A DNA stretch of 64,000 nucleotides from contig OY761158.1 in assembly GCA_963664405.1 (NCBI GenBank), positions 4,192,001 to 4,256,000 on the forward strand. Reading direction: 5' to 3'. The position numbers and the translations under genes are program-made. This stretch comes from Thermoanaerobaculia bacterium. Lineage in GTDB: Bacteria > Acidobacteriota > Thermoanaerobaculia > Multivoradales > Multivoraceae. Below, piece by piece: positions 60,583 through 64,000 of this stretch (positions are counted from its first letter, which is position 1; each line of letters begins with the position of its first letter). The notes beneath the pieces were generated by a model, which saw only the letters and a list, made by a program, of their open reading frames with translations, ran no database searches and had not been told where the DNA came from.

Positions 60583-60789
60583 ATGAGAGCACGAACCATC
60601 CTCTCAGTCCTGCTTTTGGCGGTGATCTGGCTGACTGCCTGCGGGGCGCCTCCCCGGGAAGGTGCGAGCGAGAGCAAGAAGAGCGGTAGCTCTTTTGCGG
60701 TTGAGAATGTTTCTGTAGCTCCGCAGTTGGACGGGGGCGGAGCAAGGCCGACGCCGGTCCCGGCTCCTAGGCCTCCGAGCGCTGACTGA
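60583..60789 (+). CDS. Small putative lipoprotein (possibly truncated)
   Basis: Basic N-terminus, hydrophobic core and LTAC lipobox. Its 3' end overlaps the ligD 3' end. Confidence 0.45.
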   Translation: MRARTILSVLLLAVIWLTACGAPPREGASESKKSGSSFAVENVSVAPQLDGGGARPTPVPAPRPPSAD

Positions 60790-63328
60790 GAGCCGCTAGG
60801 GCCGAGCCGAGGTCCGGTGTGATGTCGAGGATCCCTTTCCAGGGGTCCTTCTTCATGCGGCGGAGGCGCTGCGGTACTGAGCGGATGTTGTGACTCTCTA
60901 TTGTGAGGTCGGAGTTGACCTCGCTCCAACGTAGGGGGGTGGATACGGGGGCGCCCGGGAGGGGTCGCACACTAAAGGGTGCCACCAGTAGACGGCCGTG
61001 ACCGTTCTGGCCATAGTCGAGGTAGACCTTTCCTCGTCTTCGACCGATAACTCTCTCTGTGGTGGCGATCTCCGGACTCTCGTGTGCCACCACGCGGGCG
61101 ACCAGCTCTCCCAGGAGGCGCGACTGTTGGTAGGTGCACTGCCTACCGAGGGGTAGCAGGACGTGAATTCCGGTCGAGCCGCTGGTCTTGGCGAAGCAGG
61201 GTAGACCGATGTCGTCGCACAGTGCTCGCACTGCCAGTGCGACTTCGATCACATCGGTGAACGGCGCCTCCTTGGGGTCGAGATCGAGGATGCACCAATC
61301 CGGTTGCTGCAGGGTGGCGGTGCGGCTCGACCAAATGTGGAGTGGAATCGCGCCCAGATTGGCGATGAAGATCAGAGACTCGACATCTTCTCCGACGAAG
61401 TACTCGATGTCTCGCTCGGAGTGTTCACTGTAGATCGCCTCGGTGCGAATCCATTCTGGGGCAAACTCCGGGGCGTTCTTCTGAAAGAAAGACTTGCCCT
61501 CGATACCGTCGGGGTAGCGAGTCAGCACCAGTGGACGGTCGTCGAGGAAGGGGAGAATCGCGGGTGCTGCCGCGCGGTAGAAGTCGATCAGGTCGCCCTT
61601 GGTGTAACCCTCGTCCGGCCAGAAGACTTTGTCGAGGTTGGTGAGATGAAGAGTCTTCGTGTCGTCCTCAACGACGAGTGCGGCGGCTGGTTCGGCCGCT
61701 GGGTGGATGCCGCGGCGCTCGGGAGCGACGCACTCTTCGGGTGTCTTGTCGGGTCGCAGTCCCAAGAAGGCCGGTTGTCGAAGCAACCCCTCTTCTGTCC
61801 ACTCCTTGTATCGGACCTCGCAAACCAGCTCGGGCTCGGTCCAGACCTGCCCCCTCGAAGTGGGCACTGGGCCGGTGCAGGGAGGCGACGGTCGCTGGTG
61901 TGCGGAGATCTGATCGTGAAGCGAGCCCAGCTGCGCTTCGCTGAAGCCGGTACCGACCCTGCCCGCGTAGATCAGTTCCCCCCCGTCGCCGGCCTCAGGG
62001 CTCCAGGCGGCGAGGTGGAGGGCGCCGAAGCCGGTTCGCCCTCTGCGGGGCGGGCTCATGCCGACGATGACGAAGTCGTCTCGGCGGTCGACGCGTATCT
62101 TCAGCCAAGAGGAAGAGCGCTCGGGGCGGTAGGTCGAGTCCACTTTCTTGGCAACGATCCCTTCCAGGCCCATCCCACTCACCGCCTGGTAGAAGTCCTC
62201 ACCGCGCTCGAGGATGTGATCGCAGTAGCGAAGGGGGCCGCTCGGTGGCATCAAGCGGCGGAGAAGCTGCTTGCGCTGGTGGAGCGGCAACGAGCGCAGG
62301 TCGAAGTGATCGAAGGCGAGCAGGTCGAATGCGAAGAGAGTCGCCGGTAGCCGAACCGCGGCGCGTTGGATGTCCATGGCGCGACTGAGGTGGGTGCGTT
62401 TCTGGAGCAGCTGGAAGCTGGATCGCGATTCCTGGTCCAGGACTACGACTTCGCCGTCGAGAACGAGGGAGCTCGCCGGAAGCGCGGCAACGGCCCTGGC
62501 TATGTCGGGAAAGATTCGAGTCGCATCGGCGCCGCGGCGATAGAAGAGGCGAGAGCCGCTCCCTTCCTTGGTGGCGAGGAGGCGATAGCCGTCGTGTTTG
62601 AGCTCGAAGAGCCAATCCTTGTCGCTGAAGGGCTGCTCTGCGATAGTGGCGAGCATGACGCGCTGCTTTTCCGGATCGACCTTGCGCCTGGGAGCCTCGA
62701 TCTCCTCGAGCTTTTCGCTGAGCTGGTGCGAGCGGTGGCCGCCTTCGCGAAGCTCTTCAACGGTCAGCCCAGAGTAGATCGAGTGCTCGGGAGGGTCGGC
62801 GTCGTCTGAATCGCGCGCCCAGCGGTCGGGCTTTTTGACTAACAGCCATTCGTTACCGCCGGTCTTACGCTGGGTCTTGAACAGTGTCCAGACTCCCCGA
62901 AGCTTGTAGCCGCGCAGCTCGAATAGGAGCTTGCCCTGGTCGAGGCCGACCTTGTCGCCTTCGATCGGCACCCAGGTACCCTTGTCCCAGACGATCATTG
63001 CACCGGCGCCGTAGTTGCCGTCGGGAATCACCCCTTCGTAATCCTGATACTCGATGGGATGGTCCTCGGTTTGGATCGCCAGTCTCTTCTCGGTGGGATC
63101 GAAGGACGGCCCCTTCGGCACCGCCCACGACTTGAGAACACCGTCCATCTCCAGTCTCAGGTCATAGTGAAGGCGGCTGGCGGCGTGTTTCTGGACTACG
63201 AAGACGCCAGACAGCGCCGGGTTGAGCCGGCCGAAGGGCTCAGGGCTGCGGTCGGTGGATCGCTTGGCGCGATACTCGTCCAGGGCGCCCCGGGGCGGTT
63301 TCTCAGAGCCAGTGGGAGGGGAGGACAT
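60767..63328 (-). CDS. ligD: NHEJ DNA ligase D (phosphoesterase-ligase-polymerase)
   Basis: PE domain FVVQKH.A.RLHYDLRLE; ligase ELKHDGYR and EGIVAK; polymerase LTRYPDG, DLDP, KTSGSTGIH. Confidence 0.96.
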   Translation of the reverse strand: MSSPPTGSEKPPRGALDEYRAKRSTDRSPEPFGRLNPALSGVFVVQKHAASRLHYDLRLEMDGVLKSWAVPKGPSFDPTEKRLAIQTEDHPIEYQDYEGVIPDGNYGAGAMIVWDKGTWVPIEGDKVGLDQGKLLFELRGYKLRGVWTLFKTQRKTGGNEWLLVKKPDRWARDSDDADPPEHSIYSGLTVEELREGGHRSHQLSEKLEEIEAPRRKVDPEKQRVMLATIAEQPFSDKDWLFELKHDGYRLLATKEGSGSRLFYRRGADATRIFPDIARAVAALPASSLVLDGEVVVLDQESRSSFQLLQKRTHLSRAMDIQRAAVRLPATLFAFDLLAFDHFDLRSLPLHQRKQLLRRLMPPSGPLRYCDHILERGEDFYQAVSGMGLEGIVAKKVDSTYRPERSSSWLKIRVDRRDDFVIVGMSPPRRGRTGFGALHLAAWSPEAGDGGELIYAGRVGTGFSEAQLGSLHDQISAHQRPSPPCTGPVPTSRGQVWTEPELVCEVRYKEWTEEGLLRQPAFLGLRPDKTPEECVAPERRGIHPAAEPAAALVVEDDTKTLHLTNLDKVFWPDEGYTKGDLIDFYRAAAPAILPFLDDRPLVLTRYPDGIEGKSFFQKNAPEFAPEWIRTEAIYSEHSERDIEYFVGEDVESLIFIANLGAIPLHIWSSRTATLQQPDWCILDLDPKEAPFTDVIEVALAVRALCDDIGLPCFAKTSGSTGIHVLLPLGRQCTYQQSRLLGELVARVVAHESPEIATTERVIGRRRGKVYLDYGQNGHGRLLVAPFSVRPLPGAPVSTPLRWSEVNSDLTIESHNIRSVPQRLRRMKKDPWKGILDITPDLGSALAALSQRSEA

Positions 63329-63337
63329 ATCTGTCGG

Positions 63338-63348
63338 ATGCTATGATA
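63338..63348. promoter_or_regulatory. Overlapping divergent -10 elements for ligD and ku
   Basis: Plus strand: TGcTATGAT, 8 nt before the ku ATG. Minus strand: TAGCAT, 9 nt before the ligD ATG. Confidence 0.5.
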
Positions 63349-63355
63349 CGTCCAC

Positions 63356-64000
63356 ATGCCTGCCCGTCCGATCTCTTCCGGGAACATCTCTTTCGGCCTG
63401 GTCTCCATTCCGATCAAGCTGTTTTCTTCCGCCGACCACTCGTCGGATATTCGCTTCAACATGCTCGACGCCAAGCACAAAGTGAGACTGAAGCAGCAGT
63501 ACATCTCGACCAAGGATGGCCGTCTGGTGGAGCGTGGAGAACGGATTCGCGGCTACGAGTTCGCCAAGGGCCAGTACGTCACCTTCACCGATGACGAGAT
63601 CCGCGAGTTGTCCCAGAAGGCGTCACCCAATATCGAGATCACAGAGTTCGTTCCTCTCGAGGAGGTCGATCCCATCTTCTACGAGAAGGCCTATTACCTG
63701 GGGCCGGAAACTGGCGGCGAGAGGGCGTACCGGCTCCTCGGCGCCGCCATGCGCCAAACCGGTCGCTGCGCAGTCGCCAAGTACGCAGCTCGTGGCAAGC
63801 AGTATCTCGTCCTCCTGCGCCCCTTTGATGAAGGGCTGGTGATGCAGCAGCTTTTCTACAAAGACGAGATTCGTGCTTTCGACGAAGTGCCCCTCGGCGA
63901 GGACATCGAAGTGAAGGACGGTGAGTTGGAGCTCGCAATTCAGCTCATCGAGCAGATCGCCACCGAGGGCTTCGACGCGGGGAAGTACGAAGACGACGTT
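63356..64000 (+). CDS. ku: NHEJ Ku protein (partial, runs off window)
   Basis: MPARPISSGNISFGLVSIPIKL, RGYEFAKGQYV, IEITEFVP, YYLGP. Confidence 0.95.
   Translation, partial: MPARPISSGNISFGLVSIPIKLFSSADHSSDIRFNMLDAKHKVRLKQQYISTKDGRLVERGERIRGYEFAKGQYVTFTDDEIRELSQKASPNIEITEFVPLEEVDPIFYEKAYYLGPETGGERAYRLLGAAMRQTGRCAVAKYAARGKQYLVLLRPFDEGLVMQQLFYKDEIRAFDEVPLGEDIEVKDGELELAIQLIEQIATEGFDAGKYEDDV

Overview
GC-rich bacterial chromosome segment, probably Acidobacteriota (Thermoanaerobaculia-like). This assignment is inferred from gene content and a lineage-typical C-terminal repeat domain, not from a search. Two housekeeping blocks flank an accessory region. The left block (1-9284) holds prmA 3' end, rsmE, pilT, recX, alaS, a lytic transglycosylase, pgsA and an MMPL transporter. 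The right block (35411-64000) holds ffh-rpsP-khpA-rimM-trmD-rplS-rnhB, a TPR protein, rarA, dsbD/thioredoxin, an aminotransferase, a site-2 protease, a Tat-exported PaoABC-like molybdoenzyme operon with three extra genes, SRAP, STAS, mqnD, icd-sucCD-ndk and divergent ligD/ku. The ~26-kb accessory region (about 9300-35330) mixes intact genes with IS remnants, pseudogenes and short scrambled gene fragments. The most notable observations are: (1) an 87-bp CTAG-bounded hairpin element in two diverged copies with compensatory base changes, one inserted in frame in a TPR gene (+29 aa); (2) a Mo-hydroxylase operon whose FAD subunit lacks 3 of the 4 PaoB-type [4Fe-4S] cysteines and is followed by a small Cys-rich protein and two secreted proteins; (3) a secreted three-gene module whose first product is predicted to start with His-His; (4) a 163-bp palindromic MITE; (5) overlapping bidirectional -10 promoters. 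No rRNA, tRNA or CRISPR array was seen. All calls come from reading the sequence; no database searches were run.
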